From Candidatus Poribacteria bacterium (GTDB lineage Bacteria > Poribacteria > WGA-4E > WGA-3G): a stretch of DNA of 64,000 nucleotides. Each line of letters opens with the position of its first letter. The first letter of the stretch is position 1. Below are positions 10,316-18,694 of this stretch, piece by piece. The stretch is from assembly GCA_964291315.2 (NCBI GenBank), contig OZ219753.1, forward strand, positions 1,216,001 through 1,280,000. The letters are read 5' to 3'. The position numbers and the translations under genes were made by a program. The notes under the pieces are model-generated. The model was not told where the DNA came from, did no database searches, and saw only the letters and a program-made list of their open reading frames with translations.

Positions 10316-11968
10316 ATGAAAGTCTTTTTTCGGAAATCTACCTATTATTCTCTCCTACTATTTGTATTTGGCTGCTTGACGTTGAATTGCGCGAAGCTTT
10401 CGCCAACGCCCCCGCGGTATGTACCAGCGAGCACCAAACATCTGGATCGGCATATTAACGCAGTACTTAAAAAAGAGAGGATCCAACCGTCTCGGAGATC
10501 GGCGGACGCGGAATTTCTGCGCCGTATCTATCTCGACATGACAGGAACAATCCCGACCCCTGAAAAAGTTCTCGATTTCCTCAAAGACGGTGCATCCAGC
10601 AAACGGCAGAGAGAAATCGATCAACTCTTCCAGAGTGAGGCCTTCGTTGACTATTGGACACGGTTATGGGTGGACTGGTTAATCGGCAAGCGCGGTGATA
10701 ATAACGATTACCGCATCGGATTAATGGCATGGGTGAAGGATGCTCTACAAAAGAATATGCCCTATAACCAATTTGTTCAGGAACTCATCGCGGCTGATGG
10801 GGAGCTACGGAACAATGCTGCAGGGAATTATATCCTCCGTTATAATCGGTCACCGGTTCTTCTTACTTCGCATACCTCGCGTTTCTTTTTAGGCCTCCCC
10901 ATGCAATGTGCCGAGTGCCACGACCATAAAACTGAGGCGTGGCGACAAGAGGACTTCTACGGCATCGCAGCCTTTTTCACAGGTATTGAGCGTAAAAGAA
11001 AGGGATCTATCCAGACAGTGAATATGATAGGTGAAAAGCAAAAGATAGACAATTTTCTCATTACCAACACACCTCAAAAATCTCTGTGGGTAAGAAGGCT
11101 TGATAGTAAGGTCTTTCCTCGTTTCCCTGATGGAACCGAGTACAACGGGAGGCCTGTCAAAAAACGCGAAGCGCTTGCAGAGTGGATAACCGACAAATCG
11201 AATCCGTATTTTAGTCGTGCACTCGTGAATCGGATTTGGAAGCACTTTATGGGCCGCGCATTTGTCGAACCGCTAGACGGATTCGGAGAAGAAAATCTGC
11301 CAACCCACCCAGCTCTATTGGAATGGCTTGCAGACGATTTCGTCATTCACGGATATAACTTGCAACACTTAATGCGGACCATCCTCAATTCTGAGGCTTA
11401 CCAGCGCACGTCAGAGACAAATGAAAGCAACAAAGCGGATGAACTTTACTATTCGCATGCGTACGTCAAACCGCTCAGTGCAGAGCAATTTTTCCATTCC
11501 ATGCTACAAGCCACCGGCTTTGAAAGGCTCCAACAAGTCGAGATGGAAGGTCTCGCAAAGCAAGGTGGCAAAGATCGTAAGGATATGCTGCGCGCTCTGG
11601 AGCAAAGAAAGCGCCAGCACCTCAGGCGGTTTCTGTTTCTCCTAGATAACGGTGAAATGGAGGAAATCGAAGCCTTCAACGGAACCCTCCCGCAAGCTCT
11701 TATGATGATTAATGGAAGTATGGTGAATGATAGCGCGAGTCATGAGAAACGCGGTGGTTTCGTTAATTACGTTCTCGAAAAATGGCGTGAACCGCTTGAC
11801 CGAGTGGAGTACATTTACCTCAACATTCTATCTCGGCTGCCAACGGCTAAAGATAGAACCTATTTCCAACGTTATTTGGAGCGAAGCCTTTATTCAGATA
11901 AAGACTTGGCTTACGAAGACCTCTATTGGGTGTTGTTAAATTCTGCCGAATTTTCTATTAACCATTAA
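10316..11968 (+). CDS. DUF1549/DUF1553 (PSD2/PSD1) exported protein, probable lipoprotein
   Basis: Signal peptide with LNC, DAEFLRRIYLDMTG, CAECHDHK, ALVNRIWKHFMGR, PTHPALLEWLA, QALMMING, LLNSAEF. Confidence 0.92.
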   Translation: MKVFFRKSTYYSLLLFVFGCLTLNCAKLSPTPPRYVPASTKHLDRHINAVLKKERIQPSRRSADAEFLRRIYLDMTGTIPTPEKVLDFLKDGASSKRQREIDQLFQSEAFVDYWTRLWVDWLIGKRGDNNDYRIGLMAWVKDALQKNMPYNQFVQELIAADGELRNNAAGNYILRYNRSPVLLTSHTSRFFLGLPMQCAECHDHKTEAWRQEDFYGIAAFFTGIERKRKGSIQTVNMIGEKQKIDNFLITNTPQKSLWVRRLDSKVFPRFPDGTEYNGRPVKKREALAEWITDKSNPYFSRALVNRIWKHFMGRAFVEPLDGFGEENLPTHPALLEWLADDFVIHGYNLQHLMRTILNSEAYQRTSETNESNKADELYYSHAYVKPLSAEQFFHSMLQATGFERLQQVEMEGLAKQGGKDRKDMLRALEQRKRQHLRRFLFLLDNGEMEEIEAFNGTLPQALMMINGSMVNDSASHEKRGGFVNYVLEKWREPLDRVEYIYLNILSRLPTAKDRTYFQRYLERSLYSDKDLAYEDLYWVLLNSAEFSINH

Positions 11969-11991
11969 GGACAAAGCAGCAGACGCAAACT

Positions 11992-13038
11992 ATGAACTAT
12001 CGTGACCTGAGGATCGGAGCGTTAAAAGCAGAACTCAAAAAGCGGGGATTGAAAGGGTATTCATCGTTAAAAAAAGCTCAAATGATTGAATATCTTTCAA
12101 CAGGAATTCACCCGCTGAAACAGACAGAAGCATCTCCCATGGTAGCGGAGAGTGAAATGCTCGATTCGTCTCCTGAAGAAACTGAATATTCACCGACTAT
12201 TTTGGAGGGTACCACCCAAAAACTTCCAATCAATCAAGTTATATTGGGGAACTGTTTAAAGATTTTGCGATCTTTTCCTGATGGCGTTTTCGATTGTTGT
12301 ATTGCCGACCCGCCATTTAATATGTCGAGAAAAAAAGGGTTGGGTTGGGCCTTTAGTTCCCATGTTACAATGCAGGAACAGTGGGATATTTTCGCAAAAG
12401 ACGACTATTTTCAGTTCACGGTTGACTGGCTTCGTGAGGTATTAAGGGTGCTGAAGACAAACGGAAACTTGTTTGTTTTTGGGTCTTTCCACTGTATCTT
12501 TACAATCGGTTTTATTCTTCAAAACCTGTTTGACCGCCGAATCATCAGCCAACTAGTTTGGTACAAACCTAATGCACAACCTAATATCACCTGCCGTATG
12601 TTTACCGAATCGACTGAATTTATCGTTTGGGCAGTCAACAATGAAAGCAAAAAGGCCAAAAATTGGACGTTCAATTATGAGGTGATGAAAGGGCTAAACA
12701 ATAACAAACAAATGCGAAATGTGTGGGAGATTCCGCTTACCAAACGATCAGAACGGACGTATGGGAAACATCCGTCACAAAAGCCTGTTGCTGTTGTCAA
12801 TCGGCTTGTCTTAGCGGGAACTCATAAAGGTGATCTCATTCTTGATCCATTCTCTGGGACCGGAACTACAGCGGTTGTGGCTGAACAAAACAGTCGGAGA
12901 TGGGTCATGATTGAAAAGGAAGAAGCGTATAACGAAATTGCGCGACAGAGGCTTGGTGAGTTGGCCAATATGCTGTTTGAAGGTGATTCAGAGACCGATG
13001 AGAAACCTTTTTTCCCTTCACTGCTTGCGGTAGAATAG
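11992..13038 (+). CDS. Orphan beta-class N6-adenine/N4-cytosine DNA methyltransferase (DpnA-like) with N-terminal HEH/Rho-N-like domain
   Basis: DPPF precedes LDPFSGTGTT (beta order). WYKPNAQPNITCRMFTESTE, KHPSQKP. N-terminus LKAELKKRGLKGYSSLKKAQMI. Confidence 0.9.
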   Translation: MNYRDLRIGALKAELKKRGLKGYSSLKKAQMIEYLSTGIHPLKQTEASPMVAESEMLDSSPEETEYSPTILEGTTQKLPINQVILGNCLKILRSFPDGVFDCCIADPPFNMSRKKGLGWAFSSHVTMQEQWDIFAKDDYFQFTVDWLREVLRVLKTNGNLFVFGSFHCIFTIGFILQNLFDRRIISQLVWYKPNAQPNITCRMFTESTEFIVWAVNNESKKAKNWTFNYEVMKGLNNNKQMRNVWEIPLTKRSERTYGKHPSQKPVAVVNRLVLAGTHKGDLILDPFSGTGTTAVVAEQNSRRWVMIEKEEAYNEIARQRLGELANMLFEGDSETDEKPFFPSLLAVE

Positions 13039-13042
13039 AAAA

Positions 13043-13120
13043 GCATAACCTAACAAGAAACTATGCCACGAAAGAAAACATAACAAAGGCACAGTCTAAC
13101 AGAGAATCATGCATGCTACA
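13043..13120 (-). repeat. Degenerate GTAG-type REP-like units
   Basis: GCATAACCTAACA..CTATGCCAC and GGCACAGTCTAACAG...ATGCTACA are reverse-orientation relatives of GTAGCATAGACTGTTAGTCTGTGCC. Confidence 0.55.
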
Positions 13121-13149
13121 TCGAATACAACCGAAAGGAGAATCTTATT

Positions 13150-13872
13150 GTGAAAAAACTTAACGTGTTCATCACCCTCTGCGCAATCACCTTAGGGGTC
13201 GCTGCAGTGGCGACAGCACAGACCTACTTTGAGGACAATTTCGACGATGCAAAGGCATCTAAAGAGAAATGGGTACCGCTTTTCGGGGAGTGGGAATTCA
13301 AAGATGATCAATATCATCAACTTCAGAATGCGTTTAACTGTATGAGTGTTGTCGCTGACGAATTTTGGGATGATACCTGGAATGAGTACACCTTTGAAGT
13401 CCGAGGCAGCAAGGTCAGCGGTGCCGAAGGATTCTTGATTATGTTCCGCTGCCAAGGCTTAATGCAACCACGGGGACAGGCACTTGAAGACCATCCACCG
13501 CGTATGGAAAAACGCAAACCTTCACTGGAGTACTGGTGGAACCTCGGCGGCTGGGGCAATACACGCTCACAAGTCGAATCGTGGGGCGGCAAAGCAGGGG
13601 CCAATAGCAACCACACCATCAAAGATAAAGATTGGTACCACATTAAGATTGTCAATACGCCCGATAGTTACACGGTGATCCTCGACGATGAAGAAGTCGC
13701 TAAGGTGGATGATGACACCGAAGGCGGTGTCGGACGTGTCGGTCTCGCGACCTGGAGCACAGTCGCAAAATACGACGATGTCCTCGTCTACGGACCCGAT
13801 GGTCCCTCGTTGCCAGTTGACGCAAAAAACAGACTCGCAACAACCTGGGCACACCTCAAATCCGTGAGATAG
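13150..13872 (+). CDS. Secreted DUF1080-like beta-jelly-roll protein with conserved C-terminal tail
   Basis: Signal peptide (..ATA|QT), FEDNFDD, WYHIKI, GRVGLAT, YDDVLV, ends PVDAKNRLATTWAHLKSVR. AAAGGAG RBS. Confidence 0.75.
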   Translation: MKKLNVFITLCAITLGVAAVATAQTYFEDNFDDAKASKEKWVPLFGEWEFKDDQYHQLQNAFNCMSVVADEFWDDTWNEYTFEVRGSKVSGAEGFLIMFRCQGLMQPRGQALEDHPPRMEKRKPSLEYWWNLGGWGNTRSQVESWGGKAGANSNHTIKDKDWYHIKIVNTPDSYTVILDDEEVAKVDDDTEGGVGRVGLATWSTVAKYDDVLVYGPDGPSLPVDAKNRLATTWAHLKSVR

Positions 13873-13933
13873 ATTTTGACATTAAACGCTGCAGTAACCT
13901 GTATCATCCCGAAGGTCCAAGAATCGAAACAAA

Positions 13934-15103
13934 ATGTTGAGTTACTTCTTACCTCCACGAATTGAATTTGGAAACGATGCCATCCAAAATTTGGGTAAGT
14001 ACGTCAAAATGTTTGATGGCAGAAAGCCGTTCTTGGTGAGCGACAGCGGGGTTATCAACGCCGGTATCCTCGCCAAGGCAATAGACGTATTGGAGGCAGC
14101 CGGTTTGGCGCACGCCACTTATTCAGACATCCAACCGAATCCGACAGACCTCAGCGTCATCGCGGGGGTGGAGGTCTACAAAAAGGAAGCATGCGACGTG
14201 GTTGTTGCTGTCGGCGGCGGGAGCGTGATGGATGCAGCAAAAGCCGTTCGGCTCCTAACAACGCATGAGCCGCCTTTGGAGACCTACTATGTTGATAGCG
14301 GCGGGATTGAACGGATCCGCGGCGATATGCCGCCCCTCGTATGCGTTCCAACAACCGCTGGCACGGGCAGTGAGGTCTCACAAGGCGCGATTATCACGGA
14401 TACATCGCTACAGACAACCGATCGCTGGCGAAAGCGCGCAATCGTTACACCGTTTAACATGGCGAACGTGGCACTCCTTGACCCCGCAATAATAGGCGGT
14501 ATGCCGCCCGCACTCACCGCTGCGACCGGTATGGATGCTATCACCCATGGGATCGAGGCGTACGTCGCGACAAAGTACCACCCGATTGCCGAGGGAGTGG
14601 CGTTACAGGCACTCAAGATGTTAAGTGCGAATATCCAGCAGGTCTATCGTAACGGGGAAGACATAACCGCACGGGGCGAGATGCTGCTCGGCTCATGCAT
14701 GGCGGCATTCTCATTCCAAAAGGGGCTCGGCGCTGTCCACTCCTTGGCGCATCAGCTCTCCACAGACGCACCGATCCCGCACGGGGTCGCGAACGCCCTG
14801 CTCCTTCCACCCGTCATGGCATTTAACTTTTCTCATGCAGCTGAGAAGTACGCTGAGATCGCGCGTGCCTTAGGAGTAGAAACCGAGAACATGGACACCG
14901 ACGCGGCAGCACATGCTGCGATTGATAAAATTCGGGCGTTTAACACTGAACTAGATATGCCCGCCGGACTCGGAGCCGCCGGCTTAGATCGAGCGAAGAT
15001 CCCGAAACTCAGCGCGGATGCAATGCTCGATCACTGTCACACATTCAATCCGAGGGAGTGCAGAAAAGCCGATATGGTCGCGTTGCTTGAGGCGGCATTT
15101 TGA
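13934..15103 (+). CDS. Iron-containing alcohol dehydrogenase
   Basis: AVGGGSVMDAAKA, VPTTAGTGSE, GMDAITHGIEA, GAVHSLAH, HGVANA. Confidence 0.95.
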   Translation: MLSYFLPPRIEFGNDAIQNLGKYVKMFDGRKPFLVSDSGVINAGILAKAIDVLEAAGLAHATYSDIQPNPTDLSVIAGVEVYKKEACDVVVAVGGGSVMDAAKAVRLLTTHEPPLETYYVDSGGIERIRGDMPPLVCVPTTAGTGSEVSQGAIITDTSLQTTDRWRKRAIVTPFNMANVALLDPAIIGGMPPALTAATGMDAITHGIEAYVATKYHPIAEGVALQALKMLSANIQQVYRNGEDITARGEMLLGSCMAAFSFQKGLGAVHSLAHQLSTDAPIPHGVANALLLPPVMAFNFSHAAEKYAEIARALGVETENMDTDAAAHAAIDKIRAFNTELDMPAGLGAAGLDRAKIPKLSADAMLDHCHTFNPRECRKADMVALLEAAF

Positions 15104-15126
15104 TTGCCAACGCTCTTTTCGGCACT

Positions 15127-15152
15127 TGTAGCATAGACTGTTAGTCTGTGCC
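15127..15152 (+). repeat. GTAG-type REP-like palindrome
   Basis: TGTAGCATAGACTGTTAGTCTGTGCC, stem GCATAGACT/AGTCTGTGC. Confidence 0.7.
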
Positions 15153-15250
15153 GCAGCAGTCTCTGCTATAGATATAGCAACAATCCGCTCTTTTCCTCGC
15201 TTGTGTTGGGAAAGAGGAATATTAAACACTTAAAAAAGGAGTATTTTCCG

Positions 15251-16135
15251 ATGAAAACGTATTTGAGGATCCCGAAACTTATGATTGCGGCGCTTGCTAT
15301 CGGCGCATGCTGCTTCGTTTTCTACGCCTGTGAGGTTGTAGATATTGGCGTTGTCACTAGCCCGTTGCAGGAGACTCCTGCTCCGCCAGAGAACATGGTG
15401 TTAATTCCTGCGGGGGAGTTTCAGATGGGTAGCAACGATGCAGATTCTCGCGCGGATGAGCAGCCCATCCATACCGTCTCTGTAGACGCGTTTTATATGG
15501 ATACGCACGAAGTGACAAACGCAGAATATGCGGCGTTTCTGAATGCCTGGGGCAACGATGATTGGTCTGATATCAACGCCGATGGGGCGCGCATTGAGCT
15601 TGTAGCAGGCATGTATCGGCCCGTGTCGGGGTACGCGGATCATCCGGTTGTTGAGGTGAGTTGGTATGGCGCGATGGCGTATGCGGAGTGGGCAGATAAA
15701 CGGCTGCCGACCGAAGCGGAGTGGGAATATGCCGCACGCGGCGGACTATCGGGCCAGAAATATCCGTGGGGCGACACGATTGATAGCACACACGCCAACT
15801 ACGCCGGCAATGCCGGTAGTACGACAGCGGTAGGCAGTTATGCAGCGAATGGGTACGGTTTGCATGATATGGCGGGGAACGTCTACGAATGGTGCTTAGA
15901 TGCGTATGACGAGGAGTTCTACGCCACCTCTCCTGCTCGGAATCCGCTGTCGGGTGCACCCAATATTAAGTGGTTATCAGACAACTATGAAGAAGTTAAT
16001 TCTGACCGCGTGTTACGTGGCGGTTCCTGGCCCAATACTGCCCGGGACGTGCGGGTCGCCGCTCGCGGCCTCAATGCGCCGTCGGTCACGGATGTCTTCT
16101 TCGGTTTCCGTTGTGTCAGGTCTGTATCCCCTTGA
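15251..16135 (+). CDS. FGE-sulfatase (SUMF1/CLec-fold) domain lipoprotein, putative DGR target
   Basis: Lipobox FYAC. MVLIPAGEFQMGS, RLPTEAEWEYAARGG, YGLHDMAGNVYEW, RVLRGGSW...GFRC. Lacks the catalytic Cys pair of true FGE. Confidence 0.9.
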   Translation: MKTYLRIPKLMIAALAIGACCFVFYACEVVDIGVVTSPLQETPAPPENMVLIPAGEFQMGSNDADSRADEQPIHTVSVDAFYMDTHEVTNAEYAAFLNAWGNDDWSDINADGARIELVAGMYRPVSGYADHPVVEVSWYGAMAYAEWADKRLPTEAEWEYAARGGLSGQKYPWGDTIDSTHANYAGNAGSTTAVGSYAANGYGLHDMAGNVYEWCLDAYDEEFYATSPARNPLSGAPNIKWLSDNYEEVNSDRVLRGGSWPNTARDVRVAARGLNAPSVTDVFFGFRCVRSVSP

Positions 16136-16163
16136 ATCTTTACTGTTTAACGCATTTTTCTTC

Positions 16164-16428
16164 TTAGGTTGTGCCGCAGCAGTCCCCGTGGCACAACCTG
16201 CTGAGGGGTGCCTTGTAGCATAGTCCCCTTGTAGCATAACCTGTTAGGTTGTGCATTGTATCATGTTGCTTGTAAGGATTTACTTGTAATGTGAGTTGGG
16301 TGATAAGCACCGAAGAGGCACAGGAAACTAACAGCCTACGATACAAGAACTGAAGAGGCACAGACTATCAGCCTATGCTACAAGAACATAAAGGATTTAC
16401 TTGTGGCATAACCTGTTAGGTTGTGCAT
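16164..16428. repeat. Array of GTAG-type REP-like palindromes (BIME-like)
   Basis: Units such as GTAGCATAACCTGTTAGGTTGTGC (16231), GGCACAGACTATCAGCCTATGCTAC (reverse) and GTGGCATAACCTGTTAGGTTGTGC (about 16403). Confidence 0.75.
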
Positions 16429-16451
16429 TCTATCAAATATATTAAATATAA

Positions 16452-18656
16452 ATGAAAAAAAGTAGAAATGGTATGAGAAGAACATTGTTCGTTCTGTCTA
16501 TTTTGGCGGTGCTGGTGTTTTCGGTTGCTCAGTTAGCAGCGGCGCAATGGAAGGCGAACCAAGTAACGAATCAGACAGATGAGAATGTAGATGTGATCCA
16601 TTCGACGTGGCGGCCTGCGAAAGAAGATATTCCGAACGGATTTCGGACGCGCGGGCATTATCGCCTGGCTCCGGGTGAGACTCGGCAATTTTATGCGTGG
16701 TCAGACAACAGCATCTATTTCCGCATCTTGCGTTCGGGTGAGGCGATAAAACCGAACGTTGATAAGGTGACGTTTAGTTTTTGGGTTCATCCGTCTCGTT
16801 CGTTTATGATAGTCTCGGACGAGCTGAGTGCTGCCGTGAAGTTTTCTGATTTGAGTTATGTGAATCGTTCTCGCGAGGGTTTTGTTCGTGAGGATGGTTT
16901 TATGAAGTATTCGAATGGCTCTGTTGTGAATATCACGTCTGGCTGGGTGTCCGTAGTTCCGGATGCGCCGGGTGCTGGCGATGGTGTGGGTCCTGGTGCT
17001 ACGACTACCCCTACGCCGCCGCAGGAGTCTCCTGCTCCGCCCGAGGGCATGGTGTTGATCCCTGCGGGCGAGTTTGAGATGGGCAGCAACGATGCAGATT
17101 CTTACTGGGATAAGCCGCACATTCATACTGTCTACGTGGATGCGTTTTATATGGACACACATGAAGTGACGAACGCAGACTTCCAGCGATTTGTGTTGGC
17201 GAACCCACAGTGGCAGAAGAGCCGGATTCCGGACAACTTGCACGGCGGAAACTACCTGAGGCATTGGGATGATTTTAATAACTATCCTGCGGGCAAGGCG
17301 AACCATCCTGTGGTTTGGGTGAGTTGGTATGGTGCAGTGGCGTATGCGAAGTGGGCAGGCAAGCGGCTCCCCACAGAGGCGGAGTGGGAGAAAGCCGCAC
17401 GCGGCGGCAAGTCGGGGCTAAAGTATCCCTGGGGAAACACGATTAGCCATACGCACGCGAACTACGGCAATAATGTCGGTGGGACGACGGCAGTGGGTGC
17501 GTATCCAGCGAATGGGTATGGTCTCTATGATATGGCCGGGAATGTCTACGAGTGGTGTCTGGATGCGTATGACGGGAACTTCTATGTTCGGTCCCCTGCT
17601 CGTAACCCCGTATCGGACGTGAATACACTGTCCAATATATTCCTAATATTAAATAATTACACCCAAATTAAGATGTCCCGCGTCTTTCGTGGCGGCAACT
17701 GCTACGATACAGCACAGGACGTGCGGGTCGCCCACCGCAACGCCTATTCGCCGCCGGCCTCGAACTCCGGCCTCGGGTTCCGTTGTGCGAGGTCCGTATC
17801 CCCTTCGGATGCTGGTGATGGTGTAGGTACTGGTGCTACTCCTCCTGTGCCTAGTGTCACCCCGCCGTCGCCGGAGGCTGCTGCTGCGCCCGAAGGCATG
17901 GTGTTAATTCCTGCGGGTGAGTTTGAGATGGGCAGCAACGATGCAGATTCTTACCCGGATGAGCAGCCCGTCCATACCGTCTACGTAGATGCGTTTTACA
18001 TGGACACACATGAAGTGACGAACGCGGAATTCAAGCGTTTTGTGTTGGCGAACCCACAGTGGCAGAAGAGCCGTATGCCGCACAACTTACACAATCAGTT
18101 CTACCTATTTCGGTGGAGTAGTCCTCCCAACTATCCTCGGCGCGAGGCGAACCATCCTGTTGCTGGGGTGTTTTGGCATGCTGCCGTGGCGTATGCGAAG
18201 TGGGCAGGCAAACGGCTCCCCACAGAGGCGGAGTGGGAGAAAGCTGCACGCGGTGGCAAGTCGGGGCTAAAGTATCCCTGGGGAAACACGATTAGCCGCA
18301 CGCGTGCGAACTACGGCGGATATCTCGGTGGAACGTATACAGTGGGTAGATATCCTGCGAATGGGTATGGTCTCTATGATATGGTGGGGAATGTCTGGGA
18401 GTGGTGTCTGGATGCGTATGACAAAAACTTCTATACCATTTCACCTACTTCTAATCCGCTATCGGGTGCGTCTAGTATTCAGTGGCTATTAGCTAATTAT
18501 GCAGAGATTAAGACTAAACGCGTCTTGCGTGGCGGCTCCTGGAGCGATCTATTCTCTGCGGAGCGGAAGGCGCGGGTTGCCTACCGCTTCGGCGGTACGC
18601 CTACGGGCGCGCACTACCTCCGCGGGTTCCGTTGCGCAAAGTCTGTATCCCCTTGA
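16452..18656 (+). CDS. Secreted protein with an N-terminal unknown domain and two tandem FGE/CLec-fold domains, putative DGR target
   Basis: Signal peptide (..AAA|QW). Two copies of PEGMVLIPAGEFEMGS...RLPTEAEWEKAARGG...GFRCA.SVSP separated by Pro/Thr linkers. Confidence 0.9.
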   Translation: MKKSRNGMRRTLFVLSILAVLVFSVAQLAAAQWKANQVTNQTDENVDVIHSTWRPAKEDIPNGFRTRGHYRLAPGETRQFYAWSDNSIYFRILRSGEAIKPNVDKVTFSFWVHPSRSFMIVSDELSAAVKFSDLSYVNRSREGFVREDGFMKYSNGSVVNITSGWVSVVPDAPGAGDGVGPGATTTPTPPQESPAPPEGMVLIPAGEFEMGSNDADSYWDKPHIHTVYVDAFYMDTHEVTNADFQRFVLANPQWQKSRIPDNLHGGNYLRHWDDFNNYPAGKANHPVVWVSWYGAVAYAKWAGKRLPTEAEWEKAARGGKSGLKYPWGNTISHTHANYGNNVGGTTAVGAYPANGYGLYDMAGNVYEWCLDAYDGNFYVRSPARNPVSDVNTLSNIFLILNNYTQIKMSRVFRGGNCYDTAQDVRVAHRNAYSPPASNSGLGFRCARSVSPSDAGDGVGTGATPPVPSVTPPSPEAAAAPEGMVLIPAGEFEMGSNDADSYPDEQPVHTVYVDAFYMDTHEVTNAEFKRFVLANPQWQKSRMPHNLHNQFYLFRWSSPPNYPRREANHPVAGVFWHAAVAYAKWAGKRLPTEAEWEKAARGGKSGLKYPWGNTISRTRANYGGYLGGTYTVGRYPANGYGLYDMVGNVWEWCLDAYDKNFYTISPTSNPLSGASSIQWLLANYAEIKTKRVLRGGSWSDLFSAERKARVAYRFGGTPTGAHYLRGFRCAKSVSP

Positions 18657-18694
18657 ATCTTTACTGTTTAACGCATTTCACTCCATTTTTCTTG

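Noticed and set aside
10910-10925. CxxCH motif taken as evidence for a respiratory cytochrome
   Set aside because: CAxCHDHK is the standard internal motif of DUF1549/1553 proteins and does not by itself indicate respiration.
16164-16428. CRISPR array
   Set aside because: Repeats are degenerate, in both orientations and irregularly spaced, the layout is repeated at 18695, and there are no cas genes.
16136-16451. DGR template repeat in the nearby intergenic regions
   Set aside because: I found no AAC-rich copy of the VR here or in any other intergenic gap, and no RT ORF is in the window.
15251-18656. FGE-domain proteins as maturases for the sulfatase at 1914
   Set aside because: They lack the catalytic RGGS..C....C cysteine pair, carry export signals, and have that very segment hypervariable.
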